From Planctomycetota bacterium (GTDB taxonomy: Bacteria; Planctomycetota; Planctomycetia; JALXBF01): 58,258 bases of DNA. The stretch spans positions 1-58,258 of the forward strand of contig JALXBF010000096.1 in NCBI GenBank assembly GCA_026991575.1, in the 5' to 3' direction. The notes beneath the pieces are model-generated. The model saw nothing but the letters and a program-made list of their open reading frames with translations, made no database searches and was not told the DNA's origin. Within the stretch, counting starts at the first letter, position 1. Each line of letters opens with the position of its first letter. A program made the position numbers and the translations under genes. Positions 1-9,610 of the stretch are shown here, piece by piece.

Positions 1-3000
1 AGCTCGTGCCAGTGCGCCAGGGTTCGGCGGAATCGCTCGCTTGTGATCGGTAGCGGTTGGTTACACAGGTCGTAGAGCGCCACCACGGCATCGGTCGATC
101 CTACGAATGCCCATGGCCAGCGCAGGTAGCACTCTTCGACACAGGCCAGCGCCGCTCGGTTCGGCACATGTGCTGCGGCAACAAGCAGCGCGAACGGGCT
201 AGCTGGCGTGCACTCCTCCGGAAGGGATCGCAGAAGCTTGACCGCTTCAGGAGCCCGGTCGGTGCGCAGGTAGATGAGTGCGAGGGTCAGGGCAGGTTCA
301 GCATCTACCTGATTTTGGTCGCGGCCTGCTTCAAGTTCCTGGAGCAGCGTTTGCTCCAGTTCAGCCAATTTCCCCGCGCGCCGAAGCGCGTCGATCGCCT
401 CCAGGTAGAGTTCCATCGGGCGGAATCTCAGCAGCATGCCGTCGAACCGTCCGCTGGCTCCGGCCGACGGCCAACGAAGCGCGCGGCGAAAGTGGTCAAT
501 GGCTGCGGCTGGATTGTTTCTGGCTTCCAGTTCGCTGTACGCCAGCAGATAGTCCAGACGCTCGATGGGGCCGATTACCGGGACGTAGCTGTAGAGAGCG
601 GGCGGACGGCTCTGCTGCTGGGCGGTGCGGAGCGACTGCAGCGTCGCCACGTCTCCTGCCAGGGCGGCTGCTTCATCGACCCAGCTTGTCATGTACCTGC
701 CTGCGACGTACACGGTTAGCGTGCGTGGGAGCGACGGCTGGGCGACGTTGAGCGTGCGCAGGAAGTCTTTCCTGAGAAGGGGGGCTGCCGCCACGACGGA
801 ACGCCAGAACGACTGAGCGACGGCCGGCAGCTTGGCAGTCTCTTCAAGCAAGCTGCGCAGCTCGCGTTCCGCCGTGTCCCGGTCACCGTGGGCCAGGGCT
901 GCAGCGAAGCGCGCGTAGCGTTTTGTCGGGTTCAGCAGCGGGTCGCTCTGGCTGCGCCGGTGCAGGATCTCGAGCAGTTCTTCCAGGCGACCATCGTACG
1001 CGGCGTGCGCCGCGACCGTTGCCAGGAATGGGGTGCCGTGTCGGAACTCGAGCAGCGCCGCGGCGTTAAGGGTGCGTCCCGCTCGGGTCGAGCCGATCAG
1101 CTCGAACGCCCTCTGTAACGCTTCGTGCCGCCGGCCAAGCCACAGGAGCGCGTGCACCTGTTCCATGGCAGCCAGGGCCGAAAGAGACGGCCCGGGTCTC
1201 GGGCCGGCCATGGTGCCGGCGGAGCTGCCTGCAGCGAGAACCGTCTCAAACGTCTCCAGCACTTTGCGAGTGTATTCCGGGGTCCATAACAGTCTCCGGC
1301 CGGTCGGCGCCAACCAGCGATCGAGTATCCATGAGCCGCCAAAGGTGCTCAGCACCGGCAGCAGCGCCGCGCGCTCCCGGATGAGCGTGCTGAGCTTGCG
1401 GTAGAAGTAGGGGGTGCGTGGCGGCGGGCTAGTTGGCCAGCGGATGGCCCGTGCCGACAGCGTCTGGAGGGTGCGCACGTACAGGTCCGCCGCGAGGTCG
1501 TCTTCGCCGGCGGCCAAGAGCACGTTCGTGTAAAGCCGCAAGTTATCTGCACTCACGACAAAGGCCGGGTTCTCGGCGGCAGTTCGCACCAGCCGCTGCA
1601 GTCGGTCGGTATCGGCTAGGGCGATTAGCAGTGCGCGCAGCGCGTCGACCTGCGGTCCCTGTAGCTGTCTTGTCTGCTGCAGCCGTTGCCACATGCGCTC
1701 GGCGACGGCTTCAACGGCCGCGCGGTTCTCGGGTTTGGTCGCCACAAGCTGCAGCAGCTGGTTGGCGTAGTCGGCCATCCGACTAGCGCTGCGCGATCCC
1801 GCGCCGGTGATTTCTTCCAAGAGCCTGTCCACGACCGGCTCGACGATGCCGTCCTCGGCCGCCCATTGCAAGAACGAGCCAATCGTGCGCAGCGTCGACG
1901 CGTACGCGCTGACGCTGTCATGGCGGATCGAGGCAAGCGCCCTGTAGTGCTCCAGTGCCAGCTTGCGGTCCCCGCGGCGAGCGTGGTAGCGGCCCAGTAC
2001 GGCATACACCACGGCTTGTTGCCTGTAACGGAATCGCAACTCGACCGCTTGGAACATTTCCTGGCAGAGTTTCGCCAGGCGGTACAGGTCTTCGCTGACC
2101 TCCGTGTGGAGGTCGCGCGCGTCGATGAGTTCTTCCAGCAGGCCGCATGCCGCCAGGAGCACCAGCCTGCGGTCGCCAACTTCCGCTGCCGACACTTCCT
2201 TCAGGGCGTTCCTCATTAGATTGATCGCGGCCGAACGGCTCTGTCGGGTGCCGTCTTGGGCCAGCCAGTATGCGTACAACAGCCGGCCGACGAGTTGCGT
2301 ACGTGGGTCGTCTGCCTGTCGCAGGCGCTCGAGCAACGGCTCGACGCGGGGCGCGGTGCCGGCGTCGTGCAGCAGTGTGAACATGCGACCGGTGAGCGTC
2401 TCGTAGTCGGGGAACAGGATCACCTCTCGCCCGAGCCGTCCAGCATAGCGCCCCTGTCTGCTGGGCGTTTCTTCCACTAGGAACACCCTCTCCACCAGCG
2501 CGCGGTTCTCCTTGTCGAGCTCGTTGTCGAGCAGCCACAGCACCCACGATCGCAACTCGGCTTCTACCTCCTTGGGCTTACCCGTTCTAACTGCGACCAC
2601 CAGCATTTGGGTCCGCATCCAGGGGTAGAAGCTGCCGGCCTGCAATGCGAGGCGGTACAGTTCCAGGGCAGCTTCTGGGTCGCGCACGGACAGCGTCGAC
2701 GCGGCGTCGGGGAGCCAACCCAGTGAGCTGGACGTGGAAATGATGGAGAACTGAGTCCGCTGCGCGGCATTCGTGACCAGCTTGCGGAACTCGGTAAGCT
2801 TGCCTGCGTTGCGGAACGCGTCCAGCACGGCCTGCCCGTTGCGGATGGCTTGGGGAGCGGACCGCAGGAGAACAGCGAATTCGCTAGCAGCTTCTTGCCA
2901 GCGCCGTTGGTTGGCCAGGCTGACGGCGTAGGCGTAGCGCAGACCGTAGTCATAGGGACGCCGTTGTAGGATTTCGCGGACAAGCTGCTCTGCCTGTGTC

Positions 3001-6000
3001 TGCTGACCGCTACCGGCGTAGATCAGGTACAACTTTCCGAAGGCATGACGATCGCCCGGCTGTTCGCGAAGCCGTTGTTGTAGTCGGGCGATCTCTTGCT
3101 CGAGGACACCGAGGTTCTTCAGCACGCTGACTACACCGCGCGCCCGCTGCTCGCGCCCCAGGGGGCTACGGGCAAGCCTGGCCAGTTCCCGCCGGGCCAC
3201 GGCCAGAGCCGCGTCGCGTTTGCCTTCAGCCAGCAGTTGCTGAGCTCGCCTGGCACCTTGACCGGCTACGGTGCCGGCGAAGAGAGGGCGGAAGTACGCG
3301 GTGCTGGGGCGACGTGCCAGCGTGGCGAGCTCACGCCGCAAACCGAGTCGCACAAGAATCGCGGCCAGCGCCTCCACTTCCACGTCGGCTGTGACCGTCG
3401 TGCGCACCAGCCGCTGGGCGGCCCCGCGTGCGGTGTCCTCATCGTCAAGGAGCAACGCCAGCCGCAGGATCGCACGCCACTTGAGCCCGTACATGGCCCC
3501 CCATGCAGCACCGATCTGGGCCGCTGCCTCGAGCGCTTCACGGTGTCGACCAAGGTTGGCCAGCACCTGGACCAGGCATAAGCGGAGCCCGTTATCGCCG
3601 CTCTGGTGCACCGCTTCGCGCAGGATCTCTGCGGCCGCCTCCAGATTGCCCCCCTCGGCAGCCCGGATCGCTCGCGCCAGCGCCAGGTACGGCAGACTGG
3701 CCAGGTTCTCTCGTCCCACTCGTGCCAGGTGCTCATCCAGTCGCTTCCTGTTTGACTCATCGCTAAAGGCTTGCCATACCAGCCGCAAGGTGGGAATATG
3801 CGGGTAACGACGCAACGGTAGCCGCTGGGGAAAAGGCGGTATCGGGTCCGATCCGATCAGGAACACGGCGATGCTTCGGTCCGGATAGGACAGGACCCAA
3901 GCCGAGGTGCGGGAGGTTATCCAGCAGGGTCTCAGGGTGAGCTCGATCAACATGGCGCTCAACTCGGCCGCCTCATCCATGCGACCCGCCCGTAACAGGG
4001 CTTCCACGGCACGCAGCAGTTCGTTGGTGTACTCGGACGTAGTCAGCCGCGACGGCGTCAGGCTCATGGTGCTGACGCCCGAGCTCAGCTTGCGACGGAG
4101 TTCATCGCTGGTTGACTTCACCGCGGTTGCAGCCAGGTCAACGAGCTCATCGGGCAGCTGTTCCGCGTTGGCCAGCACGCACACGGCGGCGTTGAGCTGG
4201 TCGCGCGGCCGAGCAGGGCCCTCCAGCGCCGCACGCAGAAGACGTCTGGCAACGGCCTGCTGTTTCGCGTCGAGCAGGTAGACGGCCAGGTCGATGGCAA
4301 AGGGAGCGGCCGTTTCAGGGTGGGCCGAGTGCCGCAGGATCTGCAGCCACCGCTCGTATGTTCCGTCTGCGATGCAGCTTCTTGCAAGCTTCGCGAGCTC
4401 TTTCCTGATGCTAGCTGCGGTGTCGGCTACTGTGGGTTCCGGCCGCAACAGGAACGTTGCGGTGATGTGGCACGCCAACCAGGCTAGCTGGGGAGGGGTT
4501 TGCTGACCGAGCTGGCGGGCCAACTGCAGAAGGGCCTGTTCTTGACCGAGGAGCGTCAGTGCCAGCATGGCGAGTCGAGCGGCCGCCGGATCGGCCGCGA
4601 ACTTCCGCGCATCCACGCTGCGCACCTGCACCGGAGGAGCCTTATCCGTTTCGATCTGCAGCTGGATGCCGGCAGCCCGCGCCAGGCTCTGAACATAGTC
4701 GGCCAACTGGCCGTTTCGCTCGGCCACAAGCAGCCGTGCTGTCAGAGCGCAGGCAAGGCCTTCGCGGGGATCGTCCGGCACGGTCGGGCTGCTGCCGCTG
4801 TAGACCATGCCGGAGTACACGAAGGAACCCGCGTAGATCACCTGGCCGCCGGTCCCTGCCTGCAACTGACCCAGCCATCGGTCGCGCGCCGTGGAAAGCG
4901 TTTCCCAATATGAGTAATCGTCTGGGGGTTGATTCCGAACAGGGGGGCCTTGGCTCGATCGACGTTGCGCTTTCGGGCGCCAGGGAAGGTTCAGCAGAGG
5001 TTCAAGATGGGCAAGTGCTTCCTGGTCGCGTTGCTGGCGGGTCAGGATCGTGGCAGCCAGTAGCCGGGCCCGCCAGTCGGTCGGATCGCGGCGGAGCCGG
5101 GCCTCCAAGAGGGCCAGTGCGTTCGATTCGTAACCGCGCCGGAGCAGCTGGCCGGCCAGGGTCAGAGTCGCTTGGCTTGCCCGTTCGCCGGCGCGCGCAA
5201 CGATGGCCTCCCATCGCGCCTGGGCCTGGTCAACGCGGCCCTGTTGTAGGAGAATCTCCGCGATACGTGCTTCCAGGGACACGTCGCCCGGTCGGAGTCG
5301 TAGCAACTGTTCGGCGTAGGCCTGCGCCTGAGCGTAGCGGCCGCGATCCAGATGGATTGCGACAAGCCGTTCGAGGGCGACTTGGTTACGCGGCTCGTCC
5401 AGCAGGACGCGGCGATACTCACGTTCAGCCAGCTCCAGTCGCTGCTGCGCCTCATAGACGCGTGCTAGCGCCAGTGTCCCTGGGATTCGCCGTTCCGGAT
5501 CCGCGCGCCACTGCTCCAGGCGGCGCACGAACTCATCCTCGACGCCCGCCTCGACGAAAGCACGATACACCGCTGCGAGGGCCGCATGCTGCTGATCATC
5601 CTCTTGCTGGACGAAGGCCTGCCAGAGCTGTTCGATAGCTTCGATCCGGCGGCCGGTCAGCGCAAGGTGTTTCCCGTAATCCAGGCGAAGCAGGGGATCG
5701 TCCTCTACTTGCCGGATAGCGGCCGCATAGGCCATATCGAGCTCATCGAGCCGGCCAAGCCGTTGCAGCAAGTCGATCACGGCTCGGTGTGCCTGTCCGT
5801 CCGCAGGTCTTAGGGCTCGCCATCGTCGGGCAACTGCTAAGGCTTTCTCATACTCGCCGATGCGCCGCAACAGCCTGACCTGCTCTGCCAACCAGCCGGA
5901 GGCTTCACCGGGACGAAGTTCCGCCACGCGTCCCGCTGCCTGAGCGGCAAGATCGTAACGGCCCACGGTTCGGTAAAGCTGGACACTGAGCTGCACCAAC

Positions 6001-7868
6001 CAGACGGACTGAGGGTAGCGCTGCTGCGCGAGCTCCAGTGTCTGGCTCATCGCGTCGTATTCGTTGAGCTGTAGCTGAATGGTGGCGACGACGGCGAAGG
6101 CCAGTTCCGAGGGGGACTGCTGGAGCTGTTGCTGCCAGCGGCGAAGCTCCTCTTCCAGGACGCCCATCCGCGAGCCGTGGCGGACCAGTGCCTCCAGCCA
6201 GGCAATGCGCTGAGCGGTGTCGACCTCCGGAAGCAATGCGCGGAGTTCGTCAAGGTGGTCCCGTACGGCCTGCCAGTCCTCTTGTTCTGCGGCTGCTTCC
6301 AGCTCCAGCCAGCGCAGTTCCCACCGGACGGCCGGCTCGGGCTGGTAGCGTGCCACCAGCTCATCCACCACGCGACCCAGCGCATCACGCGCTCCAAAGG
6401 ACGCCAGCAATTCAGCAATGCGGCGACCGTCGGCAAGGTTGACGTCGCGGTTCAACCGGTCCAGTAGCAGTGCTACCGCCTCCTGCTTGCGGCCGCGATC
6501 GTGCAAGAACCGCGCCAAGTACTCGACGTACTCGAACGCGTCACTCTTTGCCGCAGCCAGGCGGTAGTAGCGCTCGGCTTCTTCGTAAAGCTGCCGGGTT
6601 GCCAGTAGGTCCGCCAGGCGAACAGCGCGCAGCGGGTCCTCGGACTGTCTGGTGTAGATATTCGCCCAGGCATCTACCGCCTGACGACGGCGTTCTTCCT
6701 CGCTCAGGGACGAATCGAGCCAATAGCAGCGTCCGACGGCTTCCCACAGTTCGGCATTGCGCGGTTCTCGCTCGGCCAGTGCCGCATACAGTTGGCGGGC
6801 TTCACGGTAGCGGCCTTCCTGTTCATAGAGCTGGGCGAGGCGGCGAGCGATGCGCGGCTCGTCCGGAGCCCGCTCACGGAGCGATTCATACTGCCGAATC
6901 GCTTCGGCAATGGCTCCGCTGGCCGCCAGTACATCGGCTGCGGTTGTAGCGACGTCAAGGTCGTCGGGGTGCTCTTTGCGCCAGCGTTCCAAGAATGTGT
7001 TGATCTGTTTCGCTTCACCGCGAGCCTGGTACAGCGTTAGGATCTCGCGTAGCGCCTCCTGCCGATACCAGCTGCCGGGCGCGAGCTCCTCGAGTAACTT
7101 GGCCAATACATCGACAGCCTCGCTCAGCCGATCGCTATTGGCCAGGAGATGTGCTTTGCCGACGGCAGCGCGTAGCTTTTGATAGGCAGACCTGGCGTCC
7201 TGTAACAGGATGTCATAAAGCCGGAGGGCATCATCGGCGTAGCCCAGCGCAGCCAGCTCCTCGGCAACTTCCTCCTGTACGAGCCGATCCTGAGCGTACT
7301 GCCTGGCGAACTCTAGCCACAGGGCACGCGCGTCGTCCAACCGACCCAGCGCTGCCAGCAGAGCGCCGAGCCGCCGGTACGCTCGTTCCTGCTGTAGCGG
7401 GGGGACGTCGGGCAAGGACAGCAGCTTGCGGTATGCATCGGCCGCCTTCTGGTACCGCCGCTGCCTGTCCATGACCGTTGCCAGCGCAAGCCATCCGTGC
7501 CAGCGGTTCGGCTCAGAGCGAACTGCTTCGTTTGCCGCTTCTACGGCCCGTGCCGCGCTGCCGTACCGGCTCTCGACGTAGGCCAGAAGCACGGTGGCTG
7601 CCCAGCGTGATCGCTCATCCTGACGCAATTTGCTCAACCGGGCACGCAGCTCACCGATGCGCCCTTCGTCGGCGTACGCCTGAACGTAGCGGTCGAAGGC
7701 AGCGCCGGGTACGGGGTTCCGCAGCAGGACACGCTCGTACCGCTCAAGCAACCGCTGCTGCTGCTGGGCATAGGCAGGCAATGGGCTGCCGAAGCGGAAA
7801 ACGGATAGTGAAACAGCGAGGCCGGCGGGTACTGTCAGCAGCACGAGGCGGAGCACGCGCGCAATCAT
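1..7868 (-). CDS. Giant secreted tetratricopeptide-repeat protein (partial, >2620 aa, 3' end beyond window start)
   Basis: ATG at 7868 with GGAGG RBS upstream. Reads MIARVLRLVLLTVPAGLAVSLSVFRFGSPLPAYAQQQQRLLERYERVLLRNPVPGAAFDRYVQAY (signal peptide ending AYA), then helical A/L/E/R-rich TPR-like segments (e.g. ELAPGSWYRQEALREILTLYQ). The ORF track has no minus-strand ORF in this frame between 1 and 7868, consistent with a stop-free frame leaving the window. Confidence 0.85.
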   Translation of the reverse strand, partial: MIARVLRLVLLTVPAGLAVSLSVFRFGSPLPAYAQQQQRLLERYERVLLRNPVPGAAFDRYVQAYADEGRIGELRARLSKLRQDERSRWAATVLLAYVESRYGSAARAVEAANEAVRSEPNRWHGWLALATVMDRQRRYQKAADAYRKLLSLPDVPPLQQERAYRRLGALLAALGRLDDARALWLEFARQYAQDRLVQEEVAEELAALGYADDALRLYDILLQDARSAYQKLRAAVGKAHLLANSDRLSEAVDVLAKLLEELAPGSWYRQEALREILTLYQARGEAKQINTFLERWRKEHPDDLDVATTAADVLAASGAIAEAIRQYESLRERAPDEPRIARRLAQLYEQEGRYREARQLYAALAEREPRNAELWEAVGRCYWLDSSLSEEERRRQAVDAWANIYTRQSEDPLRAVRLADLLATRQLYEEAERYYRLAAAKSDAFEYVEYLARFLHDRGRKQEAVALLLDRLNRDVNLADGRRIAELLASFGARDALGRVVDELVARYQPEPAVRWELRWLELEAAAEQEDWQAVRDHLDELRALLPEVDTAQRIAWLEALVRHGSRMGVLEEELRRWQQQLQQSPSELAFAVVATIQLQLNEYDAMSQTLELAQQRYPQSVWLVQLSVQLYRTVGRYDLAAQAAGRVAELRPGEASGWLAEQVRLLRRIGEYEKALAVARRWRALRPADGQAHRAVIDLLQRLGRLDELDMAYAAAIRQVEDDPLLRLDYGKHLALTGRRIEAIEQLWQAFVQQEDDQQHAALAAVYRAFVEAGVEDEFVRRLEQWRADPERRIPGTLALARVYEAQQRLELAEREYRRVLLDEPRNQVALERLVAIHLDRGRYAQAQAYAEQLLRLRPGDVSLEARIAEILLQQGRVDQAQARWEAIVARAGERASQATLTLAGQLLRRGYESNALALLEARLRRDPTDWRARLLAATILTRQQRDQEALAHLEPLLNLPWRPKAQRRSSQGPPVRNQPPDDYSYWETLSTARDRWLGQLQAGTGGQVIYAGSFVYSGMVYSGSSPTVPDDPREGLACALTARLLVAERNGQLADYVQSLARAAGIQLQIETDKAPPVQVRSVDARKFAADPAAARLAMLALTLLGQEQALLQLARQLGQQTPPQLAWLACHITATFLLRPEPTVADTAASIRKELAKLARSCIADGTYERWLQILRHSAHPETAAPFAIDLAVYLLDAKQQAVARRLLRAALEGPARPRDQLNAAVCVLANAEQLPDELVDLAATAVKSTSDELRRKLSSGVSTMSLTPSRLTTSEYTNELLRAVEALLRAGRMDEAAELSAMLIELTLRPCWITSRTSAWVLSYPDRSIAVFLIGSDPIPPFPQRLPLRRYPHIPTLRLVWQAFSDESNRKRLDEHLARVGRENLASLPYLALARAIRAAEGGNLEAAAEILREAVHQSGDNGLRLCLVQVLANLGRHREALEAAAQIGAAWGAMYGLKWRAILRLALLLDDEDTARGAAQRLVRTTVTADVEVEALAAILVRLGLRRELATLARRPSTAYFRPLFAGTVAGQGARRAQQLLAEGKRDAALAVARRELARLARSPLGREQRARGVVSVLKNLGVLEQEIARLQQRLREQPGDRHAFGKLYLIYAGSGQQTQAEQLVREILQRRPYDYGLRYAYAVSLANQRRWQEAASEFAVLLRSAPQAIRNGQAVLDAFRNAGKLTEFRKLVTNAAQRTQFSIISTSSSLGWLPDAASTLSVRDPEAALELYRLALQAGSFYPWMRTQMLVVAVRTGKPKEVEAELRSWVLWLLDNELDKENRALVERVFLVEETPSRQGRYAGRLGREVILFPDYETLTGRMFTLLHDAGTAPRVEPLLERLRQADDPRTQLVGRLLYAYWLAQDGTRQSRSAAINLMRNALKEVSAAEVGDRRLVLLAACGLLEELIDARDLHTEVSEDLYRLAKLCQEMFQAVELRFRYRQQAVVYAVLGRYHARRGDRKLALEHYRALASIRHDSVSAYASTLRTIGSFLQWAAEDGIVEPVVDRLLEEITGAGSRSASRMADYANQLLQLVATKPENRAAVEAVAERMWQRLQQTRQLQGPQVDALRALLIALADTDRLQRLVRTAAENPAFVVSADNLRLYTNVLLAAGEDDLAADLYVRTLQTLSARAIRWPTSPPPRTPYFYRKLSTLIRERAALLPVLSTFGGSWILDRWLAPTGRRLLWTPEYTRKVLETFETVLAAGSSAGTMAGPRPGPSLSALAAMEQVHALLWLGRRHEALQRAFELIGSTRAGRTLNAAALLEFRHGTPFLATVAAHAAYDGRLEELLEILHRRSQSDPLLNPTKRYARFAAALAHGDRDTAERELRSLLEETAKLPAVAQSFWRSVVAAAPLLRKDFLRTLNVAQPSLPRTLTVYVAGRYMTSWVDEAAALAGDVATLQSLRTAQQQSRPPALYSYVPVIGPIERLDYLLAYSELEARNNPAAAIDHFRRALRWPSAGASGRFDGMLLRFRPMELYLEAIDALRRAGKLAELEQTLLQELEAGRDQNQVDAEPALTLALIYLRTDRAPEAVKLLRSLPEECTPASPFALLVAAAHVPNRAALACVEECYLRWPWAFVGSTDAVVALYDLCNQPLPITSERFRRTLAHWHE

Positions 7869-8096
7869 TTCACTACGCCTCCCGTCCCCGGTGGATTCTG
7901 GCGGCTGGCGACTGGTGGCCCCTCACGTAACCTGCCCGGATAGCTTATCAAGCGTCCGGTGCGATTGCAATTGCCCGGCGGGACCGGACAATCTCTTAGA
8001 GAAGGCGTGCGCCGGATGGTCTCGATCGCACCGATACCCGTAGCCGAGGACGGTCACACGCACTCGGTCCGCTCGGTTGTGCGCGTGCGTGCTGAG

Positions 8097-9590
8097 TTAG
8101 TCCCGAGGCTGGCTGGCCGGAGCCGGCGGTCTGATTAGCTCGAAGTAACGACGAATCAGTTCACGCTGGCCCAGTGGGATCGGTTCGGATTCCAGCACTT
8201 CTTGGGACAGCCGAAGGTACTGCTCGTACACCTCACCGTAGCTGCGCGTCGCCTTCTGTCGACCTTCCGGGCTGCTGGTCAGCTCCCGCTGTGACGGCCC
8301 TTCTGCTTGCATGCCCGTGAGTAACTCCAGCTGTTTGGCGGCATCCAGTGCGGTGGGATCGCCTAGCGTGTTTCCGGCGACGCCCCGACCCCACGAACTG
8401 GACGGCCTGTCGCTTTTTCCGCCACGCTGCGTCTGGCCGCCGCCCCCTTTTCCTGAACAGTTCGACTTACATAGCCCAATGGCCCGCTGGGCAGCGGACA
8501 GCGCCGAACACAGCCGGCTCAGCGCGGCGCGTCGCCTGAGAGCCTTGCCCAGCCGCTTGCAGGCAGAACAGAAGGCTTCGTTATCGGTTGAGGCCGTGTC
8601 GAGCAGCGATTCGGAAAGCTCTGTCAGGGCCCCTTCTAGGTCGACGGCGCCTTGCTCAGCAGCTGATGAGGCGACCCTGCGCAGCCGCTTCGCCAGCTGG
8701 CGACGTCCGTGCTGAGGAGGCTGCGTCTGCTTGTCGAATTCGCGGGCAGCCCGCTCGTAGTCCTTGTTCTTCAACGCTGCCGCGGCTGCCTGAAACTGGG
8801 GCATATCGCCAACGGCCTCGGCTAGCTCTGCCAGAACCGGTTCTGCTAGCTTCTGCACATACCGGGCACGCTGCTTGGCCAGGGCTTGCTGCAGTTCGCT
8901 CAGCGTTGCCAGGGCTGTACGGAGGTCGACGCCGGGTCGCTGCAACCGGTCAACTCGGGCTCGGAGCTCATCGATCAGTTCCTCCAGTTCTCGTTCACGG
9001 TATTCCCTGGCAGCGCGCCAGAGCTTATGGAGTTCGGTATGGACATCGGCGGCTGCTCGGATCACCTCCGGTGGTGGCGGCTCGGACTTGGCCGAGGCCT
9101 GCTCCGTGCGTGACGAAAGTGACAGCAATGTCAGGAACGCCACTGTGGCCGCGAAGGACAGTGGGGCTATGCGGGGCAGTCGAAACGGCAGCACTTGCCG
9201 GGCAACAACCTGTTCCAGTGCCGTTACCGCATCGGCCAGCTCCAGCTCTTCGCATGGTGTGCGCTGCTTCTTGCGCGCGAATGCCAGCGCACTGATCGTG
9301 CGGTCCTTCAGACCAGCCCGTTCGTCCACGGTACGCGCAAGCGCGGGCAAGTCCGGGTCGCGGATCAGTCCGGCGATGATCCACGCGAGGGTGATGCTGG
9401 AGAATGCGAGCACGGCAAGCGGTCGCAGCGTGTCACCGACGACGGTTTCGGTACCGATCAAGAAGGCCGCCACGACGGCTCCGATGGTCATGCCCCAACA
9501 ACCGGCTCGAACCGCGTTCTGCCAGCGGACGCGGCGTGCCAGCCGCTGCAGCCGACGTGTTAGTGGTGAAGCGAGACCGTGGCTGCTCAT
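8097..9590 (-). CDS. Membrane-anchored coiled-coil protein of VWA/BatA-type clusters
   Basis: N-terminal TM helices, LKDRTISAL motif, long coiled coil, Gly-rich linker and C-terminal EPIPLGQRELIRRYF motif. Start placed at ATG 9590 behind AGGAG. Confidence 0.7.
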   Translation of the reverse strand: MSSHGLASPLTRRLQRLARRVRWQNAVRAGCWGMTIGAVVAAFLIGTETVVGDTLRPLAVLAFSSITLAWIIAGLIRDPDLPALARTVDERAGLKDRTISALAFARKKQRTPCEELELADAVTALEQVVARQVLPFRLPRIAPLSFAATVAFLTLLSLSSRTEQASAKSEPPPPEVIRAAADVHTELHKLWRAAREYRERELEELIDELRARVDRLQRPGVDLRTALATLSELQQALAKQRARYVQKLAEPVLAELAEAVGDMPQFQAAAAALKNKDYERAAREFDKQTQPPQHGRRQLAKRLRRVASSAAEQGAVDLEGALTELSESLLDTASTDNEAFCSACKRLGKALRRRAALSRLCSALSAAQRAIGLCKSNCSGKGGGGQTQRGGKSDRPSSSWGRGVAGNTLGDPTALDAAKQLELLTGMQAEGPSQRELTSSPEGRQKATRSYGEVYEQYLRLSQEVLESEPIPLGQRELIRRYFELIRPPAPASQPRD

Positions 9591-9610
9591 GTCAGGTTCT
9601 CCTCTGGGCG

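Noticed and set aside
57..7930. Many plus-strand and short minus-strand ORFs, e.g. 4559..5638 (359 aa)
   Set aside because: Arg/Pro-rich shadow frames over the giant TPR gene.
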